Origin: Schizochytrium sp. TIO01
Taxonomy: Eukaryota; Protista; Bigyra: Labyrinthulomycetes
Direction: 5' to 3'
Assembly: GCA_004764695.1 (NCBI GenBank)
Contig: SMSO01000034.1
Coordinates: forward strand, 372,001-436,000
Length of the DNA stretch: 64,000 nucleotides
Shown piece after piece: positions 45,237 to 56,486 of this stretch (positions are counted from its first letter, which is position 1; each line of letters begins with the position of its first letter). The notes under the pieces were generated by a model that was given only the letters and a program-made list of their open reading frames with translations, searched no databases and was not told where the DNA came from. The translations under genes were made by a program, and so were the position numbers.

Positions 45237-46559
45237 TTACTCCTTGGCTGCCTTCTTCTTCTTCTTCTTCTTGAGTCCGCTGAAGCGGTCTTCAGGCGGT
45301 GCCTCGGTGCCTTCCGTTGCAGCGGCAGCAGGTGCGGCAGCAGGTGCGGCGGCATCCTCAACACCAGCACCAGCAGCAGGGGCAGCTTCGGCCTTCTCCT
45401 GCTCCTCTCGTTCCCTTTCGAGGGCTAGCGCATGCTGTCTCTCCCACTCTGCCTTCTGCTGCTCCTTGAGCTTCTTCTTCTCACGTCTCTTGCGTTCTTT
45501 CTCCTCCCTTGCGGCAATCTCCTCGGGGCTCAAATCCTTGTCATCTGCACCCTCTGCAGTCTCCGCATCCTCATCCTCTGCGGTCTCGGCAACAGCATTC
45601 TGTTCCTCGGTCTTGTCCTCAGCCGTCTCCTCGGTTTGTGCTCCCTTCTCCTCGGCAGCTGAAATCTCAGCGTTTTCGCCCTCATCGGCATCATCTTGTC
45701 CAACTGGCTTGCACTCCCAGTAATATCCAAGACCGCTATCTCCAATCTTGAACGAGTATCCGCTTTTGGGGCCTTCAAAGCTGTCAGCAGCGATGAAGTC
45801 CTCACCGAGGTATTCTCCTTCGGACTGTTTGTAAAGGATGTCAGCTATAACAGACTCCTCGACGACACCCCAAGCGGTCTTGGCTGCGCCAGCCTTAGTA
45901 TTAGACTTGCTTCCACTGTTTCCACCAAGAGACGGGAAAACAGCCTCGTTGTCGAGCTCCTTAAGGGCGTGGACGCCTTCGCGCTTGCCGCGGGCCTCCA
46001 TGAGCGCCCGAGGCCTAAAGACCTTGGGTTTATCATCTTCGGGCTTGGCAGCAGTGCTGTCGGAGTCTTTCTCAGCAACTTCTTGGCGAACTTGCATCCG
46101 TGCCCTGTGGAAAAGCTTCTTGTTCTGCTCCTCTGCCTGGAGGTCCGCGTAGGACTTGGTCACGACCGGCATAGAGCTGGTCAGGCCGTCCATGTCAGCA
46201 ACACCGCGGCTTGAGCTTGCCAACAGCGAGGATTGAGGCTTCGAGGCCTTCTCGTCCACCCATTCGCCGCTTACAAGCTCTGCATTCTCGCCCGCGAGAG
46301 AGAGGCCCTTGGATGCATTGACCGCTGCCGTCAGGCCGCCGACCTTCTTGGCGCCCGCGGCGGCAGAGGCCGCCGGTCTGCTCACGTACTCCTCCACGAC
46401 GACGACGCGTCCGTCTTCATCAGTCTTCTGGTACACCTGGGTCGCAGGCTCGAACGAGGACTCGTCCTTCTGCGCAGCCTCGAGCATGCCGCCGAAGTTG
46501 CGTGCCGCCTTCTTGCCCTTCTTCTTGCGGCTCTTGAAGAGCGCGTCCATGTCGGCCAT
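45237..46559 (-). CDS. CDV3-like low-complexity protein
   Basis: N-terminal MADMDALFKSRKKKGKK, EW.DE and ELDNEAVFPSLG resemble CDV3-family hallmarks; acidic/Lys-rich; biased codon usage. Family call tentative. Confidence 0.7.
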   Translation of the reverse strand: MADMDALFKSRKKKGKKAARNFGGMLEAAQKDESSFEPATQVYQKTDEDGRVVVVEEYVSRPAASAAAGAKKVGGLTAAVNASKGLSLAGENAELVSGEWVDEKASKPQSSLLASSSRGVADMDGLTSSMPVVTKSYADLQAEEQNKKLFHRARMQVRQEVAEKDSDSTAAKPEDDKPKVFRPRALMEARGKREGVHALKELDNEAVFPSLGGNSGSKSNTKAGAAKTAWGVVEESVIADILYKQSEGEYLGEDFIAADSFEGPKSGYSFKIGDSGLGYYWECKPVGQDDADEGENAEISAAEEKGAQTEETAEDKTEEQNAVAETAEDEDAETAEGADDKDLSPEEIAAREEKERKRREKKKLKEQQKAEWERQHALALEREREEQEKAEAAPAAGAGVEDAAAPAAAPAAAATEGTEAPPEDRFSGLKKKKKKKAAKE

Positions 46560-47250
46560 CTTGCTTGCCTTCTACTTCTCCAACTTGCTCGACCTTCCCG
46601 GATCCGATCTCAAGTCCCTCGGGTTTCCCTCCTTCTTCTCCTCCTCCTCCTTCTGCTTCGCAGCCCTGCTGATCGAGAAACCACGCGGCGGGGGCTCGCG
46701 GTTTCGGGGTCTGCCGGGGCACTCTGCGCTCTTCTTGTTTCCAGTCAATCGCTAAATCAATAGAGAGAGAGCTCTTAATCTCTCTCTCTCTTTGTTTGTT
46801 TATATCATCATCGCCATCGTTATTTCTCTGTTATTACTGGCATTACCCAATTGACGCTTTGGTGTGTCATTTCCTCCCGCCGCGCGGTGTCGTTGTGGGA
46901 CCAAGGACGCAGGTGCCTAGCTTGCCATGGCCGCCTCTTGCTTGGCTGCTTTGGAGCAATCCGTGCGATTGGACACGTCAGCGACGGACCTCTTCGAGAG
47001 GGGAACGAACGATGGAATTGCGATGTTCGTCTGGCGGAGCGCTAGGGAGTCCTACCGCGGAGGCCTAGGAGGGCCTACTTGCATGGAGAGCGCTCAGCCG
47101 TTCATTTGCTGGGGAGGAAGAGGCCAAGGCGCAAGTAGAGTATAAGAAGCGCAAAGTGGAGTATACAGGGAACAAATAGAGTATAGGAGCCGCAAGTGGG
47201 GTATAGCGCAGAGGAAGCGTGGCAAAGCGTTTTGGGTTATTGTTATTAAG

Positions 47251-47286
47251 TGTGTGTCTGTGTGTGTGTGTGTGTCTGTGTCTGTG
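47251..47286. repeat. (GT)n/(GTCTGT) microsatellite
   Basis: Directly visible. Confidence 0.9.
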
Positions 47287-48566
47287 CGGAAAACCGGGCT
47301 TATTTTACAATCGATGCTGGAACTGGGATTATGGAGGAAACTTCGTTGGTTTTAATTGAGAGATAATGCTCAAATGATGGCGACTGCCGGTGTGCTCATC
47401 ATGAGGCTTTTAATGAATGGAGTCAACACCATTGTTTTCAGTCGAGGGAGACAGCGGTAAAACGACGGTGAGTACCGATATTACCATCACCGGGCGTTAA
47501 GTACTGATGTCGTTCATCCACTCCAAGGAAATTTAATCAACGTGCTCTTTGGTCTTCGAGTTCGTGTCGTAAATCGGATTTTTATATGGCTCAAGTTCAT
47601 AAAGAAGTTCTTGCAATGCTCACATTCATCGCCTTCAGCTAATTGGATCAGCCGGTGCATCGTAGAGTCAAAATTATGGGGATGTCATAAAGTAGTTATA
47701 AAGTAGAAAGGCTTTGTGCCAAATGAATCAATTTGAACCTAGATACGAAACGATCGTGAGCCAGGGATCTTCATGGATATTTAGAAACTGTCTCAAAGCA
47801 ATCGAGCTGTATTCAGTATTCATACAGCCTCTATTTTACCTCTATTTTCTGACCTCTCTAGGGTCCTGGCTTCAACTTAGCACCCTCCTCCTTCTCGAGC
47901 ATTCCTTGAACTCAAAGCAGAAGCAAATGTCTAAACAGAGGTAATATTTTGACTTGAGTTTTCTCTAAGTCAAAGGATTGACAGGAATGCCTTGACTAGT
48001 GAGAGTGAAGGCAAGTAGGTTAGAATACTAGTACTATATAGTAAGACTAATTAGTACACAATAGTCGAGTACACACCAGTCGTAGCCTAAATGATTTATT
48101 ATACTTGGTGATACGAAATGGACTACCTTGGTGCCAGTTCTGTGCGAGCATGGACTCCGCGCCGTGAAAATGGGCTTGCAGGTTCAGGCGAGACACGAAA
48201 AGACCAATGCGAGGTACTGTTTGGAAGCGCAAGTAGCAATAGCAGACGCAAACTCCTTGGTGGCAGCTGGCCATCTTGGCCGAGCTGGGTGAAGAGGGAA
48301 CAGATTAGAAGCTCCAGAGTTCTGCAATATGGAGCGTCTCGCCACGCCTTTGCGAACTGGGACGAAAGCGTACTTGTCAGCAGTAAGTTGACGTTTCAAA
48401 AAGAATAGTAACAAGAGCAACAGCAGAAGCCTAGTTGCTCGTCATTGTCGCGCATCAAGATGGTTGTGATACTTTGCACTTGACAAGTGCTAGTGGTTAT
48501 CAAAATCAAGGTGAGCACAGCGTTTAGAAAACTAACCATCGTAAATAAATTCTTACTGCGGAATAG

Positions 48567-49466
48567 AATGTCGTGCCGGCACTGACGGAGGGCCTCACAC
48601 GTCTCGGAATTGTTCGACCGACAGACCCGTACTTATTTCTTGCGGAGTACCTTTTTGCGTTGTCTCCTCAACGAGACGAGTATATATTTGTACGCAAGTC
48701 TGACTACTCACCACGTCATGAAACCTCTGGTTCACTCGCACAGGCGCCTCGCGCTAGTCACGAGGTTGCCGCAGGTTCCGCTATACAGGCTGCCCGAGCT
48801 CTTGGGCCAGAGCAACCAACTGCCAACCTTGTGGAGAGACACGTTCAGACAGACCCTATGAAACCTCAGACCGAATGGTCCAGTGTTGCAGAAAGTCATT
48901 ATCAAACTACAGTGTTTCCCTCCTCTTCGAGGGATTCTGCCAGAAGCAAGGCTGATTCGCAAGGACAGCACGAGGAGCCCCTAGCCACTCATCTACCTTC
49001 ACAGACATCCTTACCTTCACAAGCTGAAGATATACCTGGAGAGCAATATATATATGAAGGGCCCTACCCCGAAGAACAGGAAGTAGCAGTAGTTACATTA
49101 ACAACCGAAAATGTTGAAGAGGAAAAGGACCAAGAGCCGCAGGTAGACTACGCATATACCACCTTTATACATCAACCTGAAGTAGAGCAGGAACAAGAAA
49201 TACCTCTGAGTATACGTTTATCAATCAAAAAGAGTGGACGCTCACTTGCCATAAAGGCATCATTGTTAGAACGCTCTGGAGAACTCTCCATAGATGCATT
49301 TGACATCGTCAGTGGGGAACGTTATCATCTCGACTGCGAAGGAGTGGACTATGAATCTTTACGCTCTGTCTACCAGCAAGAGCACTCCGTTATGGTGCGC
49401 GAAATGTTGTGGCCCATTCAGCTCAAAATCGATCCCGGATCAAATTCACATTATTTGAGTTTTTAG
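48567..49466 (+). CDS. Dpy-30/RIIa dimerisation-motif protein (last exon; 5' exons unresolved)
   Basis: NVVPALTEGLTRLGIVRPTDPYLFLAEYL matches the Dpy-30 pattern; preceded by ctaac...atag acceptor ending 48566. Confidence 0.75.
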   Translation, partial: NVVPALTEGLTRLGIVRPTDPYLFLAEYLFALSPQRDEYIFVRKSDYSPRHETSGSLAQAPRASHEVAAGSAIQAARALGPEQPTANLVERHVQTDPMKPQTEWSSVAESHYQTTVFPSSSRDSARSKADSQGQHEEPLATHLPSQTSLPSQAEDIPGEQYIYEGPYPEEQEVAVVTLTTENVEEEKDQEPQVDYAYTTFIHQPEVEQEQEIPLSIRLSIKKSGRSLAIKASLLERSGELSIDAFDIVSGERYHLDCEGVDYESLRSVYQQEHSVMVREMLWPIQLKIDPGSNSHYLSF

Positions 49467-49885
49467 GAGAAATCAGAAACACATTAATCATCATACATGA
49501 GATTGTGAATAATCATTATAGGTGGAACGAGTCTGTAAAACGCCTTTCATCTTTCTATTACAGCTATATTGTTTATCCGCTTTTACTTTGTGCTTTTTTT
49601 AAAGTTTATAAGAGCTCTTGATAGTCCCGAGAAGGCAAACTAGTTGCCGCTGCTGTGTGTTGGAAGAAAAGGAGAAAGAAGCCAAATGTAGCCAAACTTT
49701 ATAAAATTCAGATGATAATTTTAAAACTAGCTCTCTATTTCCCACAAAGCAACTGGGACTTTCTTTAACAGATGCGGATTATTGTGAGTGGGAGGAATGG
49801 ATTAGCGTATAGGGAGCAACAAATTAATTGAGAGTGGAACAGAGAGTTCAGAAATAAGAGACCAGAACACAAGAAATTCGGGCCC

Positions 49886-50809
49886 TTACTTCCGCTTGAG
49901 AACACGCTTGAGCCACGGGAGAGTGGCAATGATAAAGGGAAGACGCACAATCTCCAGACCTTCGTTGATGGCGACAGCAACAGCCAAGTTGCCCATAGAA
50001 GGATCAAGACTATCGAGTGGAATAATGTTGTCCAGGCCTACCGCGCGAATTGCTTTGAAAGCAGCGTCAGATCCAAGGGCAGAAATCGCGGCGTAGCAGC
50101 CCACACCAGTGATGGCCCAGAAACCTGTCCAGTAGACCAGGAAGAAGGCACCGTGCTCCTTCATGAGAGTAGTAAATTTACCCGGTTTGCGCTGCATAGA
50201 GCCAGCACCAGATCGACCCTCGACCAGCTTCGTAATAGAGGGCGTGATGGCAGCCACAAGGGGAAAACGGATAAGCTCGAGGGCCTCGTTCAAGCCAAGC
50301 GCAAGTGCGACATTGCCCATGGTCGGGCTCATCTTGTCAAGCGAAATGACCTTGTCAAGATGGATCTTCTGCGCAAGTTCGATTGCAGTTTGGGGCCCAT
50401 TGATCTCAATTGCGGTGTACACGGCAAGTCCAGAGAGAGCCCAAGCCGCACCCCATGTCACGAGAAACACGGGTCCGTGGCGCCGCATCATGTCTGCAAA
50501 TGTCTGCTTTTTAGGGGCTTCTGCAGTCGCTCCGCCATTAGCCTTGGCAGCCTCAGCAGCTTTCTTAGCCTCAGATTTCGAAGCAAAAGACGTAGGCGGC
50601 TTGGAGCACATTTGTCTTTTGCACATCTGCGATCTGGAGCGCATGTGAGCGCCCTCGGCATGCCCTAAAGCACCCATTCTCTGCCTAAGCAAGTTCGTGG
50701 TCATCATAGAGGCAGATCTTGAGGTCCAGGGTGCCATAGGTGCAGAAAAACCAGCAACCTGAGACGCAGAACCCATCAAGGTTGCACGAGAGCTAACCAC
50801 GCGTAACAT
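49886..50809 (-). CDS. FAM210/DUF1279-like mitochondrial membrane protein with two tandem domains
   Basis: Two copies of M..HG..FLV.W...WA..G...Y.AI...G...A.....LD..I.LD...P.MGN.A.A...NE.LE..R.P...A..P; Arg/Ser/Met-rich presequence from ATG 50809. Confidence 0.85.
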   Translation of the reverse strand: MLRVVSSRATLMGSASQVAGFSAPMAPWTSRSASMMTTNLLRQRMGALGHAEGAHMRSRSQMCKRQMCSKPPTSFASKSEAKKAAEAAKANGGATAEAPKKQTFADMMRRHGPVFLVTWGAAWALSGLAVYTAIEINGPQTAIELAQKIHLDKVISLDKMSPTMGNVALALGLNEALELIRFPLVAAITPSITKLVEGRSGAGSMQRKPGKFTTLMKEHGAFFLVYWTGFWAITGVGCYAAISALGSDAAFKAIRAVGLDNIIPLDSLDPSMGNLAVAVAINEGLEIVRLPFIIATLPWLKRVLKRK

Positions 50810-51058
50810 CGTCTCGAGGCACGGTCCGTAGATGCTGCTCGTGCCAGAACTGCAGCAGTAATAGAAGTTTATATTTACAGACGGCATTCGCCAAGCCTTG
50901 ACGCATACAATTGCGGCGCCCTTTTGCGCCTAAATATACTTCGGTGCTACATGGCGCCATAGTTGACTACTTTGGATGCTCTTGAAGATTTGACGCTGGC
51001 AGAACTGCAGACCTGATCGAGGTCACGAAGGAGAAGCTCGGCGTGAACTTTAGCACAA

Positions 51059-52120
51059 ATGTCTACGTTGAATGTTCTAGTGACTGGCGGCGCTGGGCAG
51101 CTTGGAGCTTTCCTCGTGCGACAACTTGTACATCAAGATGGCGTCGAAACTCGGCCCGTTTCCCTGCGTGTCGGCTATACGTACAACTCAGCAGATATTG
51201 GCAGCGCAGAAAAGGAATTTGGAGCAAGCGATGACGCCAACGGTGGTTGGAGAATGAACGATGAATTGAAGGCTACTGGTTGCGAGGGAGTTAAGGGGTT
51301 TAAGGTTGACCTGGGCACTGGGGAAGGGCTTTTGCAGTGTATTCAGGAGACCAAGCCTGACTTTGTCATCAACACGGCAGCCATTGCCCGCCCCAAATTG
51401 TGCGAGGATGAGCCAGAGATGGCACGTGCTGTGAATGTACCGTCCAAGCTAGTAGAGGCTCTAAAAGAAGCGAACCTTCGTGACACCTTCATCATGCACA
51501 TATCCACAGACCTGGTTTATGACGGTGCCACCAGCGAATTGTATACCGAGTCTTCCCCAACAAATGCTGTCAACATGTATGGACAATCAAAGGTGGATTC
51601 TGAAACCTATCTTGAGGAGAATTGGCCAGCGCACACGTGTTTGCGGTCAAGCATGATCTATGGCCGCGCTCCTGAGAACGAGAAATGTACATTCTTTACG
51701 GACTTTGTTAATAGTCGTCTCTTAGCTCGGGAACCCACCGACTTCTTCACTGATGAGTTTCGCTCGCCCATCTATATTGGAGACTTTGCCACTGTAGCTA
51801 AAGTTTTATTGAATCGTCTCGGGCAAGCGCGTAAAGCAGGAAAACCTGCGGAAGAAGCGTTTCAGGGAGTTGCACATGTCTACAATTTTGGCGGGCCCGA
51901 CAGGCTCTCTCGTTTCGAAATGGCCCAGCAAATATGTAAGCACAACAATCAGGACGCAGGCTTTATTGTTGAGTCCTCTGCAGCCTCTTTTGACCGTGGT
52001 GTTAAAAGTCCGCTCGACACTGGTATGGATTCCTCCAAGATTGCTAAGGATCTTAGTATTACTCTGACTTCTTTCTCAGAGGGTCTTGACATTGCTTTTC
52101 CTGAGTTCTTTTCCTCATAA
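51059..52120 (+). CDS. RmlD/MAT2B-like extended SDR (NAD(P)-binding)
   Basis: VLVTGGAGQLG, VINTAA, HISTDLVYDG, YGQSK (YxxxK), DEFRSP, SRFEMA. Confidence 0.92.
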   Translation: MSTLNVLVTGGAGQLGAFLVRQLVHQDGVETRPVSLRVGYTYNSADIGSAEKEFGASDDANGGWRMNDELKATGCEGVKGFKVDLGTGEGLLQCIQETKPDFVINTAAIARPKLCEDEPEMARAVNVPSKLVEALKEANLRDTFIMHISTDLVYDGATSELYTESSPTNAVNMYGQSKVDSETYLEENWPAHTCLRSSMIYGRAPENEKCTFFTDFVNSRLLAREPTDFFTDEFRSPIYIGDFATVAKVLLNRLGQARKAGKPAEEAFQGVAHVYNFGGPDRLSRFEMAQQICKHNNQDAGFIVESSAASFDRGVKSPLDTGMDSSKIAKDLSITLTSFSEGLDIAFPEFFSS

Positions 52121-53374
52121 TTAGAACCGTCCACCTGAGCAAAACGTGAACGAAAATATTAAACATAACCTGGTAGATAGGTAGTTTCAATTCGATATCG
52201 TCCAGACTGAACTTCAAGAAGCCGTCCTCTAAAGCTGCCTTAGTTTTTTTTAGATTTTTTTTTTTCTGCTCATGATTTAGATTACCTGATATTTATTCGC
52301 CGAAACAGGCTCTCTCCACTATTGGTGTTGCTAATTGTGTTCTTCATGTCTTGCCAACTCGAAGGTACGAGCCAAGTAGAACAATATTCTTGTCTGGGAT
52401 CTCCTTTGGTTTAACGAAGCTCTGCTACTCAGCAAGCAACGTAAGACTTTCAATAATTCGAGCATGATAAGAAGTGAAAGCATGTGCATGTCTTCATGCA
52501 TGTCCTACTATTTCGCTTGTTGAAAGACGCGCGTACTATCATATTATATTACTCTAGCTATTTCCAAAAACGAACCAACGAAAAGTAGGAAGCTCTTTAA
52601 CTGCCAAAATCGGCGCAGTACCTTGCTGGTGCCATTTTTCTGCCAACCTAAGTTAGTTTCGGATAGGAAGCTTCCACAAACGCATCAATGCCTTGGGATT
52701 CATCTGTCGAGAAAGGGAAAAGGACATCACTTCCAGAAAAACGGATACTAGGGCCCATTAGAGGATACTTAACAACATTGCGTAAGATCCAATGAGCACA
52801 AATTGTTTGTGGGAAATAACAATCAAGTCCCTATTCCTGTCCGTGTCGAGACAATAGTGAACGTGCTGACTACTGTGTGTAGATGCGAGACAGATATGCC
52901 CCTCTCCCTCACTTAAGTCAAGTTGATAGTTACTCTTTATTGTATTTGATACTCAAGTATCCATGTAACGGATCTTAGAAAGGTCAACTCCGCGCCGCAA
53001 AACAGGACTTCACGCGGAGAAAGAAGTGCATTCGCTTACAGACATTAGAAAGTGCTAGGAGATAGATGTTGAGTCTGCCAAGTATGGCAAAGAGCTGCTA
53101 GTATGCTCGTAAGGCGTGTGTTCGAATTTTTGCTATTGTTTCTGTGTCTCAACTCGAAAATAAGGTTCATCTGCGATACCGCGGTGATGAAAAAAGGATC
53201 GGACGTGTTAAAAGGCAGTATTGTGCTTTGCTGCTAATACTCAGTTGATTGCTATTGTAATCATCTGTTTGTTCAGCAAATCAGGATTGGTTCAAGTCGA
53301 ACAAACCACGTTTCATTCTATCAAAGGGAGATAGTGGTATTGTTACGCAGCGCGATTAAGTGCTGTTAGTGGTC

Positions 53375-54538
53375 ATGAAGCGTGAAGAGGTGAATGAGCG
53401 GTTCTGCAAGGATGTCGCAGTTGAATTTATTGCCATGATCCTTTTTATTTGGATTGGCACTGGTGCCGCCGTATCTACAGGTGAATTTCTGGCACTAAGC
53501 TCAGCCCCCGATGCAGCCACGGTACGTAGACAGATAGCTTTCAAGATCGCATTTGAAAACCTGCAAAAGGGAATCGAGCATCAGACCAAAGGAATTCCGT
53601 ACGGATAACTAACTTGAAAGCAAATTGGCTCATCTTTTCAGGTTTCACGAATCCTGCCGATTGCTTTTGCTTTTGGCATGGGTATTCTCGTGCTTGTGTA
53701 TTCATTTGGCCACATATCTGGCGGTCACATCAAGTAAGTTTCTAATTTAAGGCAAACTTTCACATAGTAGAGGGCTAACTTTAAATCTTTGGGTTTTGAC
53801 AATATGGAATACGTCTTTAGTCCCGCGGTCACGCTTTGCCTGACACTGGTAGGCGAGTGCTCTCCGATTCGCTGTGCCGCTTACTGCGTCGCCCAATTTG
53901 CAGGAGCAATTTTTGGTTCTCTCTTGGTCTGGGCATGCACAAGCAACATGTCATATGGCCGTGAGACTGATGAAATTGATCGCGTTGTTGGCAATCCTCC
54001 GTTTGACCTTGGCGCAAACGGCTTGAACAAAACCCTCAACGATGGAAATGGTTTCATTCTAGAGTTTATGGGGACCTTAGTACTTTGCATTGTTGTACTC
54101 AGCACTGTTCTACACCCAGAAAGCTTAACTCAAGGAAAACCTGCATTGGCTCCTCTTGCAATTGGTTTTGCTGTTTTCTTAGCTCACGTGGTACTTATCC
54201 CATTGACTGGTTGTGGAATCAACCCAGCTCGAACCTTTGGCCCAGCTGTTGTAAATTCCTTTGCTGGAAACGTAAGTTATTAGTTACTGACGCCTACAAA
54301 ATATTGCATAAGCATTAAACTAACCTTGCCCTATGAATATTGTGCTCATACTTCTGCAACGTGTCAGTCTGTCTGGGTTTCTTCCTACTGGATCTTCTTC
54401 TTGGGTCCTTTTGCGGCATCGTTTGCTGCCGCAGGAATGCACATGACTATTCTGCGACCAGAAGACCCTACACCAATTGCTCGTGCAGCAGTACAGCAGG
54501 ATGCATCACGTGTCCCGACCATGATGGCGAAAGTATAA
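53375..54538 (+). CDS. Aquaporin (MIP family), 4 exons: 53375-53521, 53642-53733, 53821-54271, 54368-54538
   Basis: GT-AG introns give a continuous frame: AVEFIA...GHISGGHI-N|PAV (first NPA split by intron 2), EFMGT, TGCGINPARTFGPA, WIFFLGP. Confidence 0.93.
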
Positions 54539-54733
54539 CAGAACTTTTTAATATCATTTTTTTCAAAAGTAAAGAAACTAAAGAATTCATTTCAATTTGC
54601 ATTTCCAAAGTTGTTTTGTGCTAAAGCTTAGTCACGGTAGTTCCACTCACATTACATGGTCGTTGATCATTGTTTGAATGTAATAGACACCATATACTCG
54701 TACGTTATATTTACCTCAGTATAAGTTGAGGAT

Positions 54734-55696
54734 TCATGTCGCACAAACATCATACAAGAAGGAATGCAAGCCACGAGAGTACTCTAGTCTTCCCCAAGAA
54801 AAGTTATGATCACCCAGAGGAACACGAAGCATTGACTTTGAAACATTGGGTCCTGCAAGAGCATACAACTTTGTCATGTGGTCACAAGGAATGATCTCAT
54901 CCAGGCTACCGGAGATAAACAGTACGTCGAGGCCCTCAGGCAAAGCAGTAATGCGCGATGCGCTGTCCCAATCAAGCCAAACAAAGGTATCTACAATTTT
55001 GTCACACATATCTCGAATGTCTTCACTTTCAGTATTGACAATTTCTTGCACACGATCTTTGACTAGCTGTCTTACTGAGAGAAACGTGTTTTCAAGAATT
55101 AGGCCTCTGAACCCTACTGTTGTTGCGGGCCCAAGCGCAGCCAGTCTATTTGCGACCCCGATGCAAACTGCACCTCCCAATGAACGTCCATGCAAGAAGA
55201 TGCGATCTGGATCTATGTCTGGGCATTTCCGTAAATACTCAAGAGCGCACTGAGCATCCTCAATAAGCCCTTCCTCACTTGGTGAACCGGTGCTAAGTCC
55301 GAATCCTCTGTAATCAACTAGCATGATGTTACTTTCCGAATAGAGCATGACCACCTCCGCAAACGGTAGTCGGTGTCCAATATTGCCAGCATTACCATGC
55401 ATAAAGAGCACAGTGGGCAGGTTCCTTGGCTCCAAACCATCACTCAGCTTGTATATGATCCATGCATGAAGCCTCACGCCTGGCGTCGCAGTATCGATGA
55501 AGACTTCATCATACTCCCAATTGTAAAATTTTGGGGACCTCAGACTCCGCTCTTGGTTTTCATTCGGATCTCTGTTATAAATAGCCCCTGGCACGCGCGG
55601 CATATAAAGAATCCAATCTTGGAAACCCCACGCAAGTAATAGCGCTGTCACTACAAGCACGCCAACCACAACAACTATGACAACTACGACGCCCAT
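54734..55696 (-). CDS. ABHD13/Bem46-like alpha/beta-hydrolase with N-terminal anchor
   Basis: FQDWILYMP, HGNAGNIGHR, DYRGFG.S.G.PSE.GL, GRSLGG, LENTF, DEIIP, GDHN. Confidence 0.93.
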   Translation of the reverse strand: MGVVVVIVVVVGVLVVTALLLAWGFQDWILYMPRVPGAIYNRDPNENQERSLRSPKFYNWEYDEVFIDTATPGVRLHAWIIYKLSDGLEPRNLPTVLFMHGNAGNIGHRLPFAEVVMLYSESNIMLVDYRGFGLSTGSPSEEGLIEDAQCALEYLRKCPDIDPDRIFLHGRSLGGAVCIGVANRLAALGPATTVGFRGLILENTFLSVRQLVKDRVQEIVNTESEDIRDMCDKIVDTFVWLDWDSASRITALPEGLDVLFISGSLDEIIPCDHMTKLYALAGPNVSKSMLRVPLGDHNFSWGRLEYSRGLHSFLYDVCAT

Positions 55697-56486
55697 GGAC
55701 GCTGTCGCTTTGTTTCAAGTTAGCATGCACCTTGGTTTTACTGCAAGGACAGCGCGTGCACTTCGATCTCGGACGCCGCGAAAGCTCAGAAGAGGCGCTT
55801 GCGGGGACCTGACAGTTTTTACCTTACAGGTTGCACTCTGAGCAGCACCCGCGACAAAGTCAGAGCAGTCCTCAGGAAACACGTCTGCTCGCACAACTGG
55901 GAAGACGCACACGTACCTAAGAGCTCCTGTCAGAGTATTGCATCGCAAAATGCCAGAGTACGCACCCCTACTTGTGGAAAAGTAAGCCTTGAACATGAAG
56001 GCCATCTCAAAGCCCTCAAGAATTGCAAAATGCTAAGGGCGATTGGCACGAAGAGATGTAGGCATACACGGCCTCAGTCTGAAGCCTGAGCAACCGTTTG
56101 AAGAGCTACTATGGAAGCAGCAGAAGAGAGCAAACGACCTACTCAACTCGCTTATATTCCTTTACTAAGCTTTCTGCTTATGATTGGCGAGTAAGATGAA
56201 AAACAATTAAACATTAGTTTATGTGGGGTTGTCAATGCCATATCTCTTTTTCTTGGGGTGGGCACATACATGCGTTCGAGAAATTGATTCTTGGCCAAGG
56301 TTAATGTTTTCTCGTGCCTAGTTCAGAACTCTATGAGAATCTCTAAACAAACCAACTGCAAAACGGGAATTCTATTTGATTATTTCTACACATTCCATGA
56401 AGAACATAAAAAAGAAGGCGGAATTGCTAATGGCGTGGAAAAAAGACGTCAGGATCAGAGAATGGAATATCTAAGCTTTTCTTGAG

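Noticed and set aside
44980-46763. Several long plus-strand ORFs opposite the CDV3-like gene
   Set aside because: Low-complexity antisense shadows.
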